Virus record (IMG/VR): IMGVR_UViG_2162886007_000107
Coordinates: 124,001-188,000 of that record
Strand: one strand, 5' to 3'
DNA length: 64,000 bases
The number at the start of each line of letters is the position of its first letter. Position 1 is the stretch's first letter. The notes beneath the pieces are model-generated. The model was not told the origin of the DNA. It saw only the letters and a program-made list of their open reading frames with translations, and made no database searches. Of this stretch, positions 18,340-26,605 are shown one piece after another. The position numbers and the translations under genes are program-made.

Positions 18340-20661
18340 ATGAATAATGCCGATAAAGATAAGTTCTATCGGGATACCTTTGCATTAGCCCGGACAATGA
18401 TCGTAAAGATCGAGCCCTTGGCTAACAGGTATAACCAGGCTTTAGAACGAACAGGGCATGTTGTTTCGCAGGACAAACGTACCTGGCGTTATTACATGAA
18501 CCTTAATGGGGACTATCACGAAACTGATGAACCCATGATGATCCGTTCTTTGGATACGGATGATGAGATTCTCTTCAGTAAAGAAAACCTCAAAACTCAC
18601 ATTAATACCTTCCGAGAGTACTCTCGGGGGGAGTACTGGTTTAAACGTCTGTCTGAGCGTTACCCAGCTCAGCCCGTACTCATCCGCGGTATTCTGTCGC
18701 CCATCCCGTTTGACGAGACAATAGGCGCCGAAGACTATAAGATCCTCCGGTACAACGAGAAATTGGTGCTCCCCAACGAGACCCAACTGATCCCTAATCT
18801 TCAGACTTTCATCAAGTCAGAAGTGGAGCAGACGTTCAATACCGAATACATGATCACTGATGACTTGTTCCTGTCGTTGATGGTCAAACTGCTTTACGCG
18901 GATATCATTAAAGGTATCCATGTGATTCGTATCGAGAACATGTACACTCGACACAGTCACGATTTTTATATTTGGAGTCACATTGATTCCTTCGGGGAGT
19001 TTTCCCAATATAAGAATAGTCTCAGCTTTGAACAAACGATGTGGCTTTTCCGCAACATCGCCTGGATCAAAAACAACCCAGGTCAACAGTTCACCTTTGA
19101 CAAGTTGATGCACAACCTGTTGAGCAAGGCCAGAATTCCTTTGGCTAAGTTTGACATGGTAGAAGGTACCGAAACCCAGCTGGAGGACTTAACCCCCACC
19201 CCGCTGTATCGTCACCTCAACCTCAACTTGCTTGACGACTATGGTCTTGAACCGACCTACATCGACACAGCCGCCCTGATCCTTAAGCAGCAACCTCTGG
19301 CTAAGGACAACCTTTCCCAGATGGCTATTTATCAGGATGATGCGCTGGCTAAAGGTAAACGTAGTCTGCACTCCGAGTTGCCTACCAAGGTGCTCGAATC
19401 CAGCATGAAGGATTACACCAACCGACACGCAGACACATTGATGTCTGTTCTGTTGAACGAGTGGATCTATCTGGCTGGTAAAGGTAAGTTCCAGGGTCGC
19501 GTTATTGTTGCTGATCCAAAGACTGGTCGACAAGTACGTTTGCCAGTGGCTGATGCATACAACATCTGGAAATACCTGGTCGATTATGCAAGTGGTAATG
19601 AGCCGGTCAAAATCTGCCCTGCTTACTACCAGAACGTCATGAAGATCACTCCTCCGAGTATTGGGGAGATCATCCATGTTGGCGGTAAGGATTTCATCTA
19701 CCCGCTTTACTTGGCTTACGACATCCGCAACATCTGGTTCCCTGTGGCTAACTTTGTTGCTCCAGATTACCTCGTGCAGTACGCTATCGAAGTGTACGAC
19801 GCGATGTGGAAACACAAGAAGTTGTACAGTCAGTTCTATGATCTCAACAAACGTGCTCGCGTCAAAAACGCTTGTAAGACGTTGTATGACTCAGGGGTAG
19901 TTCAGCTCGGGACGTTCACCAATTACGCTGATTTGATTTCCAGTTACAAGTTCGATTTCTCTGATTACACTGCTGCTGAGTGTAGAGACTTTGCTTGGGA
20001 CATCTTCAAACGTGTCACTGGTTGGGATACCAATCAGCAACCAACCATGCGAGTCAAGCAGAGTGATTTGCTCGACATCATGATGAAGCTGTCGTCTTAC
20101 AGCATTCACGTTATCAAGGAAATGGATGACGGGGCTACTGTAGACGAACTCATTAATGAGAACTTGGTAGGTGATAGCCGTTGGGTTGGTTTGGGTAACA
20201 AACTCGAAGCCGACTTCTCCAACGTTAAACCTACACTGCATCCAACGATTGATGGGATCTATGCCCAGAAGTCTCTGACCAAACTCCTGTCATCGCCTCA
20301 CCCTACGGTTGAAGCGGTAATGGAACTGAAGTTAAGACTTGAGGACAACCGTCACATTAAACGTGTGCAGCTGGAGACAGACCCAGTTAAGTACGCATTG
20401 CGTCTTACCCCACGTCGTTACTTGCGTCGGGTTTATGGTGATGAGCCAGTACCAGAGATCGATACTCTCCCAGATACCTACTACGGGGATCTGAGCGACC
20501 CTATCGTTATCGATGATCTGCCTGACACCTATTACGGAGAACTCGGGGAAACTGTTACTCTTGATGATTTGCCGGCCACTTACTACGGTGACCTGAGTGA
20601 TGAAATCATTATTGACGAACTCCCTGCTACGTACTACGGTCGATTGGAGCCCAAGAAATGA
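18340..20661 (+). CDS. virion structural (baseplate wedge-like) protein with C-terminal tandem repeats
   Basis: ~773 aa, divergent from the portal as in phiKZ-like phages. Confidence 0.6.
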   Translation: MNNADKDKFYRDTFALARTMIVKIEPLANRYNQALERTGHVVSQDKRTWRYYMNLNGDYHETDEPMMIRSLDTDDEILFSKENLKTHINTFREYSRGEYWFKRLSERYPAQPVLIRGILSPIPFDETIGAEDYKILRYNEKLVLPNETQLIPNLQTFIKSEVEQTFNTEYMITDDLFLSLMVKLLYADIIKGIHVIRIENMYTRHSHDFYIWSHIDSFGEFSQYKNSLSFEQTMWLFRNIAWIKNNPGQQFTFDKLMHNLLSKARIPLAKFDMVEGTETQLEDLTPTPLYRHLNLNLLDDYGLEPTYIDTAALILKQQPLAKDNLSQMAIYQDDALAKGKRSLHSELPTKVLESSMKDYTNRHADTLMSVLLNEWIYLAGKGKFQGRVIVADPKTGRQVRLPVADAYNIWKYLVDYASGNEPVKICPAYYQNVMKITPPSIGEIIHVGGKDFIYPLYLAYDIRNIWFPVANFVAPDYLVQYAIEVYDAMWKHKKLYSQFYDLNKRARVKNACKTLYDSGVVQLGTFTNYADLISSYKFDFSDYTAAECRDFAWDIFKRVTGWDTNQQPTMRVKQSDLLDIMMKLSSYSIHVIKEMDDGATVDELINENLVGDSRWVGLGNKLEADFSNVKPTLHPTIDGIYAQKSLTKLLSSPHPTVEAVMELKLRLEDNRHIKRVQLETDPVKYALRLTPRRYLRRVYGDEPVPEIDTLPDTYYGDLSDPIVIDDLPDTYYGELGETVTLDDLPATYYGDLSDEIIIDELPATYYGRLEPKK
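20458..20649 (+). repeat. four 51-nt (17-aa) coding repeats, consensus [IL]D[DET]LP[DA]TYYG[DER]L
   Basis: Units begin at 20458, 20509, 20560 and 20611. Confidence 0.9.
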
Positions 20662-21065
20662 CCCCCAAAGAACTAAGCTTAATCAAGCAGAAATACTGCG
20701 AGGATCATTTCATTCGGGACAACATCTCCAAGGTTGAATTCGAGTTGGTCAGGACGACTGTTAAAGGACAGGGAGTCTTTTTGGTCACAGTACCTGGTAA
20801 ACAGTCAGTGCATTTTGAGTTGCACAAACAGGACCTCTCAGGGTTAAGTGAAAACAAAACCCTGAGTATCCCCAAGCAATACCGGAATGATTTCGATGCA
20901 GCCCACAACAAAGCTATGATAGCAGAGTGGATAAATCGAGGAACCGGAATCAATCTGCTTGAGACTGACATCGCCAATCTCTCCACCACCAAAACCCATT
21001 TGATAGTTGGTATAGCAGCAGATTCTATGCGCTTTAAATCCGACTTCCGGCTTATTCGGCTATAA
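20658..21065 (+). CDS. putative virion protein
   Basis: 135 aa, ATGA overlap within the structural operon. Confidence 0.65.
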   Translation: MTPKELSLIKQKYCEDHFIRDNISKVEFELVRTTVKGQGVFLVTVPGKQSVHFELHKQDLSGLSENKTLSIPKQYRNDFDAAHNKAMIAEWINRGTGINLLETDIANLSTTKTHLIVGIAADSMRFKSDFRLIRL

Positions 21066-21074
21066 GGAATTCCC

Positions 21075-22007
21075 ATGTCCCTGTCTGCAACAGAAATTCA
21101 AGATCAGAATCGTTCGGAAGTTCCCGTACAAACTACGACCAATACTGGTTTCGGCAACATCATCATGGATTGCGTGGCTACTCGCCAGCCATTCACCCTG
21201 CCACAGTTCACGACTCTCAACGAACGCTACAACGTTCTGCCAGCAGAGTCGATCGGTCCAAAGCACGGCAAAGACTTCGAACTCAAATACTTCGGTGTTG
21301 GTATCCGTGGTGCCAACTGTGTTGGTACTGACCCTCTGACCGGCGTAAGCCGCATGAAGGTTAACCAACACCAACCAACTGACGGTAACCTGTTTACCCA
21401 CATCCCAATGGCCTGCCGTCCTCTGGACAACGACTTCGATAACGTTGCTCGTGCGCAGTTCCGTTTGCGTGTGGTTGAAAACGGTTACGACGGTCAACCG
21501 TATGCCTTCTACTACCTGCGCCTGATCAACTTCGATCATTACAACCCGCAGGTTCTGAAGATCATCCGCGACAAAGATCAGAACGAGACTCCAGTTCCAT
21601 GGGTGCCTACTCGTGACGATCTGTTCAACCCACAGCCACGCCAGTTCACCAGCGAAGGTTCTGTACCGGTTTCCGATACCTACCTCAACGCTTCGGCTAT
21701 CCTGGGCTGCTCGTTGGATCAAGGTGCTTTGCAAGAAATTGCAAACGCCTGCCGTGTAAAGTACAACGATGCCAGCTACGGTGCTATCAACGAGACCATG
21801 ATCTGCTGGGGTTACGACACCAAGACCGACGGTTCCATTGGTAACGGTGCAACCATTCGTTACGACGAGATCCTGAGCGCTGTTGCTGCTCATTTCATCA
21901 CTGAACGTGATGCTCGTAACGTCCTGGCGAACACCTTCCTCACCATGGACTACGACCACGGCTCCAGCGAACCGATGTTGCTGGGTGATGCCACCTCTGC
22001 CCCATAA
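21075..22007 (+). CDS. putative virion structural (baseplate) protein
   Basis: 310 aa, AAGGA RBS, biased codons, structural operon. Confidence 0.65.
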   Translation: MSLSATEIQDQNRSEVPVQTTTNTGFGNIIMDCVATRQPFTLPQFTTLNERYNVLPAESIGPKHGKDFELKYFGVGIRGANCVGTDPLTGVSRMKVNQHQPTDGNLFTHIPMACRPLDNDFDNVARAQFRLRVVENGYDGQPYAFYYLRLINFDHYNPQVLKIIRDKDQNETPVPWVPTRDDLFNPQPRQFTSEGSVPVSDTYLNASAILGCSLDQGALQEIANACRVKYNDASYGAINETMICWGYDTKTDGSIGNGATIRYDEILSAVAAHFITERDARNVLANTFLTMDYDHGSSEPMLLGDATSAP

Positions 22008-22018
22008 GGAACCCGGCA

Positions 22019-22630
22019 ATGGATCTTTTCGTAGCACTGGCTGATAGCCTCGGGGTAACCACTCCACACCTCCCTCTCAAGGAAGGCATGGTTACTGATG
22101 ATGCTTTCAACCTGATCAACATGCTGTACCTGGACAACAATCCCCAGGATCCTGCGAACTATGCAGAGAGCCAAGCGTACTACAACCGGGATGGTCGTCT
22201 GGAGTTTGAAGTAATCGACAAGGAAACTGGTTGTGTGCTCATGACCTTTGTCAATAAGTCGATGACTCCAATCGTTACTGCACATGCTGAACTGATCGAC
22301 AACTCTCAGCTGATGGATGACCCTCTGGTGTTGGCACAAGATGATGCTCATCTGCTGGATAATCTGGTCACTGGGTTGAAGTATCCGATCGACAGTCCAG
22401 CATGGGATGACTTTCCTTTTACTCTGGCACAGTATCTTACTGACCGTGAGTACATTGGCGTATGGGTTGCTGGTACTTTCGGTAATCTGTGCACTGGTGG
22501 CTTGGAAGTCATCTACAAGGGTCCTGGCAAGGAAACTCCGGATGGGTTCCCTAAACCAAATTCTCCTATGGTTGCGATCATTGCATTCAACCAAGGTCAG
22601 CAGAAAGGGCGCATATGCTTGGTGACTTGA
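22019..22630 (+). CDS. hypothetical protein
   Basis: 203 aa, AAGGA RBS. Confidence 0.75.
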   Translation: MDLFVALADSLGVTTPHLPLKEGMVTDDAFNLINMLYLDNNPQDPANYAESQAYYNRDGRLEFEVIDKETGCVLMTFVNKSMTPIVTAHAELIDNSQLMDDPLVLAQDDAHLLDNLVTGLKYPIDSPAWDDFPFTLAQYLTDREYIGVWVAGTFGNLCTGGLEVIYKGPGKETPDGFPKPNSPMVAIIAFNQGQQKGRICLVT

Positions 22631-23259
22631 TAAAAGTCCCCCACGTAGTAAGGGTCATGGGAATTGACCCTTCTACCACCAACATGGGGGTAACGGTAAT
22701 TGACGTCGATATCTCCGAGCGCAAACCGTTTAAGTTGGTCTACTGCAACACCATCTACGGTGAGAAGGTGACCTATGACGTACCCGAACAGTATGACGAT
22801 ACAGCAGCAACCGGCGTAGCAGCTCGTAGCTTTTGTCTTGCTCGTGCTTTAGGTGCCTTGATCGATATTTACATGGTGGACTGGCTTAACCGGGAAGATG
22901 AAGTGTTCGGGCTGTTATTGAGTAAAAGTGTGACAGGTATTACCGAAGATAACTTCCTCGGCATGTCCGCTCTTACTTATAAACAGTTGGTGCAGTTCGT
23001 CTCCCTGTCCCACCAAGAATTCATCAATCGGGGGATTCATGTGTCTAACGTTCTCCCTAACCAGGCAAAGGATATTGTCGGTGCAAACTTCCGTGGTACT
23101 ACCAAGGATGACGTGCGCAAAGGTTTGTTAGCCTATGACTGGCTAGATTGGGGGGATGTGGATTTGGAAGTAACAGACGAACACGCTAACGACTCTAACG
23201 CCGTTACTTTGTATCGTTGTGAAGTCCTTGCAAAACAATGGGGGGTGTTCCGTGACTGA
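22615..23259 (+). CDS. ruvC: RuvC-like Holliday junction resolvase
   Basis: VMGIDPSTTNMGV (D), ITEDNF (E), DEHANDSNAV (H..D). Confidence 0.85.
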   Translation: MLGDLIKVPHVVRVMGIDPSTTNMGVTVIDVDISERKPFKLVYCNTIYGEKVTYDVPEQYDDTAATGVAARSFCLARALGALIDIYMVDWLNREDEVFGLLLSKSVTGITEDNFLGMSALTYKQLVQFVSLSHQEFINRGIHVSNVLPNQAKDIVGANFRGTTKDDVRKGLLAYDWLDWGDVDLEVTDEHANDSNAVTLYRCEVLAKQWGVFRD

Positions 23260-23635
23260 CAATACTGAACCGCCTGCCCAGTTTCACGATGCATTGGAAA
23301 AGAACGTTTACGGTGAACAGAGTGTAAAGCTGCGCAATACCGGTGGGATACTCGCCGTTATTACCGTGTGCGTAACCGCTCTGGTCAACTCGTACACAAT
23401 CTACTTGTCAGTGAATGACAAAGGGATCTGGCCAAGTGAAACCAGCATGTTCATCATGATGGTTGGTCCAGTGATTGCCGCGTGGAGTTGGATGGCGGTG
23501 AACAAAACGCTTCAGACGCTTTTGTCTGGAGAGTCTGGGTTTACGAAGATTCGTGCCAAGTTGGCAGACGCTATTGCCCCGAGCCCACCAAAGGCTCCGC
23601 CAGTAGCTCCTGACAACAGTAACAACAACGGTTGA
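23252..23635 (+). CDS. two-TM membrane protein, holin/antiholin candidate
   Basis: GTG start 23252; hydrophobic GGILAVITVCVTALVNSYTIYL and MFIMMVGPVIAAWSWMAV; converges on the spanin pair. Confidence 0.45.
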   Translation: MTDNTEPPAQFHDALEKNVYGEQSVKLRNTGGILAVITVCVTALVNSYTIYLSVNDKGIWPSETSMFIMMVGPVIAAWSWMAVNKTLQTLLSGESGFTKIRAKLADAIAPSPPKAPPVAPDNSNNNG

Positions 23636-23663
23636 AGCCGATGTACTGCTATGCAGCTATAAC

Positions 23664-23695
23664 CCCCTAGGAGCCCCGTCAAGGGCTCCTAGGGG
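23664..23695. terminator. bidirectional terminator
   Basis: CCCCTAGGAGCCC-CGTCAA-GGGCTCCTAGGGG. Confidence 0.8.
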
Positions 23696-23724
23696 TATAT
23701 GGTTGTTACTGTACTTTTGCCTAT

Positions 23725-24213
23725 TCAGGGAGGCTTGGTATCACTGTTGCTCATTTTCGGGGCGTTTTCAACAATCGTCTTGATGTTCTCACTCAGACGC
23801 TGAACTGTTTTCTTAGCCACCCATAATTCCATTTCGATGCCGTCGAGCTTTTCAGTGGACTGAATCAGTACCACTCTGGTAAGTCGATAGCACCCAACCC
23901 GTTCGGTGTCGGTGAGGTCTGGCTTGAGACAGTTATTCGTTTCAAGGAATGTTGCCAGCTGCCCCACCCTACTCTGAGGGGGCGTTGGAGCTACCTCCCG
24001 AAGCTCCGGTATTACTTCGGCCATTTGCTTCTCCGCTATGCGGAGCTGGGTGTTGTAACTGTTGAACTCCGCCTGGGTGGTCTTTACCTGGAGGTAAAGC
24101 TCCGCTTCGTTCAAGGTCGGTTTCTGGCTGCAACCCGAAACCAAGATCAGTAATAGGCCCGCTAGTAGGGCTTGGTAAACTACCGATACCATATTGCTCA
24201 TAGAGCGTTGCAT
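23725..24213 (-). CDS. o-spanin-like outer-membrane lipoprotein (Rz1-like)
   Basis: Signal peptide ending in lipobox VSG-C; GAGGA RBS; starts in the +1 frame inside the upstream TM gene. Confidence 0.7.
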   Translation of the reverse strand: MQRSMSNMVSVVYQALLAGLLLILVSGCSQKPTLNEAELYLQVKTTQAEFNSYNTQLRIAEKQMAEVIPELREVAPTPPQSRVGQLATFLETNNCLKPDLTDTERVGCYRLTRVVLIQSTEKLDGIEMELWVAKKTVQRLSENIKTIVENAPKMSNSDTKPP

Positions 24214-24484
24214 AGTTCGACTTCCTCAATTGGGCCTGAACCGATAACTCATGTTGCATGGATGTTCGAAACTGAACGTTATCCTGAGCCGTCTGTTCCA
24301 TCGCTGTAGCTGCTTTACGCATTACGTCAGCAGCGTTAACGAACGTCTCGGTGGTTTTCTCGTCCAGCTTAACCGGTTTAGGAAAGAAGTGAGACATTGC
24401 CAAAAGTCCTGCAATGATCACTAGTACGATGAGAGTTGCGAACCCTCGAAGCTTATCGAAAAACAAGGCATTAATTACTGCCAT
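23969..24484 (-). CDS. i-spanin-like protein (Rz-like)
   Basis: N-terminal TM FATLIVLVIIAGLLAMSHFF, helical periplasmic part, Pro/Gly tail over the 245-nt overlap. Confidence 0.7.
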   Translation of the reverse strand: MAVINALFFDKLRGFATLIVLVIIAGLLAMSHFFPKPVKLDEKTTETFVNAADVMRKAATAMEQTAQDNVQFRTSMQHELSVQAQLRKSNYATLYEQYGIGSLPSPTSGPITDLGFGLQPETDLERSGALPPGKDHPGGVQQLQHPAPHSGEANGRSNTGASGGSSNAPSE

Positions 24485-24485
24485 G

Positions 24486-25733
24486 TTAGTCTCCCTGAAT
24501 TACACCACGAATGTACAAGTGGTATCCTGTGTGAAGTTTACTGGGTTTCCATCGATTAGTATGCACGTGGTGCACTGCATCCTGATCATAGATCCCAGCC
24601 GTTTTACCTACGTAGAGCCGTTGAATACCGATATCAATGTCCAGGAGTCTCCTGTTGATGATGCTTCTGGTGAAGTATTTAGGAAGCAAGCCGTTCCCCG
24701 TGAGGAGAGGTATGTTTCGCTTTTCTTCCGTGTGGAAAGTGAACGGGTAGCTGTAATGAACCAGCGGTACGGTGTAAGCATAAACATGTGGGTTGTCGAG
24801 AACGATCAGGAAAGAAGAAACCTCCAACAACAAGTTGGTGAAGAACTCTTCAGTCTCGAAGAAGCCAGCCGGCACTTCCTCACGATCTTTCTTGATTACT
24901 TTACCCAGATCAATAAGACGCTTGGAGTCGAAGATAGCCCGAGCCCAATCAACCTTTTCGATATTGATGGCGATGCCTTTATTAGCACGCACATGGATGA
25001 TATCTTCGCGATACAGACGACCACCCAAAGAAGCCCATACTGTTTTACCTAGCAGATCGAAGTCCGTTTTGACATGCAGGTAGATGGAGCCATTACGACT
25101 TTCGAACTTGATATCCTCCAACTTGAAAGGATAGGTCGAAAGCTTACTGACTGTGTTGAAGTTCAGCGAGCAGACATGGGCAGTGTCGTCTACCCGGAAG
25201 TGCTTACCTGCACCACGCAGATAGAAGCAACGCTCATCAGTTTCGCCTTTAGTAGCACGAACCATGTGACCATTGATAGTCCACAAGCAACGATCAACCA
25301 AAGCACCATAATCAACATCAGAGTTGTTGGTCTTGGTAATTCGCATGTCTGGAGCTTCGCCAACTCGCAGCAGTTCTTGTTGTTCCCGACCGAGCCGTAC
25401 ATCACCTGGCAACTTACTGAAAGCCCTGTATTCGATATCGTCGATCAGAACGTAACGGTAACGATCCCCAGGCAAAGTGTTTGAAGTCTGGAGCGGAGTA
25501 TTTTTCTTGGTATCGAGCCAAGCTTGGATGTTGCCAGTGAAGCTACCCAAGTCACCCAGGTAAAAACTGAGGTCAATAGCCACGTCACGATTGGCGTAAG
25601 CATCGGCAACAACGATGGTCAATCTGGTGTAACTGGTAAACAGCGTATTGCAGGGAACACCGCTGATATCCAAAAGCTCCTCTCCCTTAGGGGAAAGGCG
25701 GCTGTTACCAACAGCCCTTTTGTAAGTATACAT
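24486..25733 (-). CDS. putative virion structural protein
   Basis: 415 aa beside the tail genes; product from context. Confidence 0.55.
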   Translation of the reverse strand: MYTYKRAVGNSRLSPKGEELLDISGVPCNTLFTSYTRLTIVVADAYANRDVAIDLSFYLGDLGSFTGNIQAWLDTKKNTPLQTSNTLPGDRYRYVLIDDIEYRAFSKLPGDVRLGREQQELLRVGEAPDMRITKTNNSDVDYGALVDRCLWTINGHMVRATKGETDERCFYLRGAGKHFRVDDTAHVCSLNFNTVSKLSTYPFKLEDIKFESRNGSIYLHVKTDFDLLGKTVWASLGGRLYREDIIHVRANKGIAINIEKVDWARAIFDSKRLIDLGKVIKKDREEVPAGFFETEEFFTNLLLEVSSFLIVLDNPHVYAYTVPLVHYSYPFTFHTEEKRNIPLLTGNGLLPKYFTRSIINRRLLDIDIGIQRLYVGKTAGIYDQDAVHHVHTNRWKPSKLHTGYHLYIRGVIQGD

Positions 25734-25851
25734 AAGGGGGAGACTCCCATGGATTCTATGTCAAAATGGGGGCCATATCACCTATAGCGCCCAGGTTCTC
25801 TGTATATGGCAGGTCATAAAATGCTCGTTGAGCCCCATGGAGTTAATGCTA

Positions 25852-26595
25852 ATGGCTAACATCACTTTTCCTTGGAACCCCTTCCAGGATCAGATTCTTT
25901 GCCGGGTTAAAGGAGAGGTAATCAAAACCTCCACCGATGGCAAGCGACGTATCTTTGTTCCACGAGCAGCTCCCTTCTTCATGAAGAACGTTGTGCTCCG
26001 TAAACAGGGTAGTGTTACTCCCCTGAATCCTGGTAGCGACTTCTTGTACGCCCACACTTTCGACCGCTTCATTGTCGATAAACGTCGTAACGTTGCTGGT
26101 GCAATTGTTCTGCGTAAGGACTTCGAAAACGAAATCCTGGTCATGGATTACGACACCATTGGTGGTCCGTTCATTCTGGATGAAGTTGCCTTCGTTCAGC
26201 TGGTTGCAAACATCGTCAATGCTCCTCGTGAAGCTGATTGGAGTGACTTGGTTGGCGTACCTGAAGAATGGCCTGCTGATCCACACGATCACCCGCCAGT
26301 TCAAGGCTACGACTACGAAGACATGTACCTGGCCCTGAAGCACCTTATCCTCATTATGAGCGATTCGGAAACCAACGGTGCTAACCTCATGTCTCTTCTG
26401 GAAGATCACCTCAAGAAACCGATCCTGCAAGCCCACACCGGTAACAAGGCAGACCTCGGTCTCCCGGACACCGCTAACTTGCGTCCTTCTGTTGTTGCGG
26501 ACATCGCTGGTGGCGAGCCAGGTGTCGCTCTGACCATGGACGTGGCTCTGGAGATGTTCCGCCGAGCTGCTAAGGGTACGCTTAACCTCAATTAA
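25852..26595 (+). CDS. tail/baseplate protein, short paralog of the following tail proteins
   Basis: GGAG RBS; shares VP..APFF, W..v.gvP...p...H.H and H..K..LGL motifs with 26606 and 30241. Confidence 0.7.
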   Translation: MANITFPWNPFQDQILCRVKGEVIKTSTDGKRRIFVPRAAPFFMKNVVLRKQGSVTPLNPGSDFLYAHTFDRFIVDKRRNVAGAIVLRKDFENEILVMDYDTIGGPFILDEVAFVQLVANIVNAPREADWSDLVGVPEEWPADPHDHPPVQGYDYEDMYLALKHLILIMSDSETNGANLMSLLEDHLKKPILQAHTGNKADLGLPDTANLRPSVVADIAGGEPGVALTMDVALEMFRRAAKGTLNLN

Positions 26596-26605
26596 GGAAT
26601 GTTGC

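Noticed and set aside
20458-20649. LPxT-YYG read as a sortase LPxTG signal or a CRISPR-like repeat
   Set aside because: No TM or basic tail follows, the host context is Gram-negative-type (spanins), and the DNA units are synonymously diverged in-frame coding repeats without spacers.
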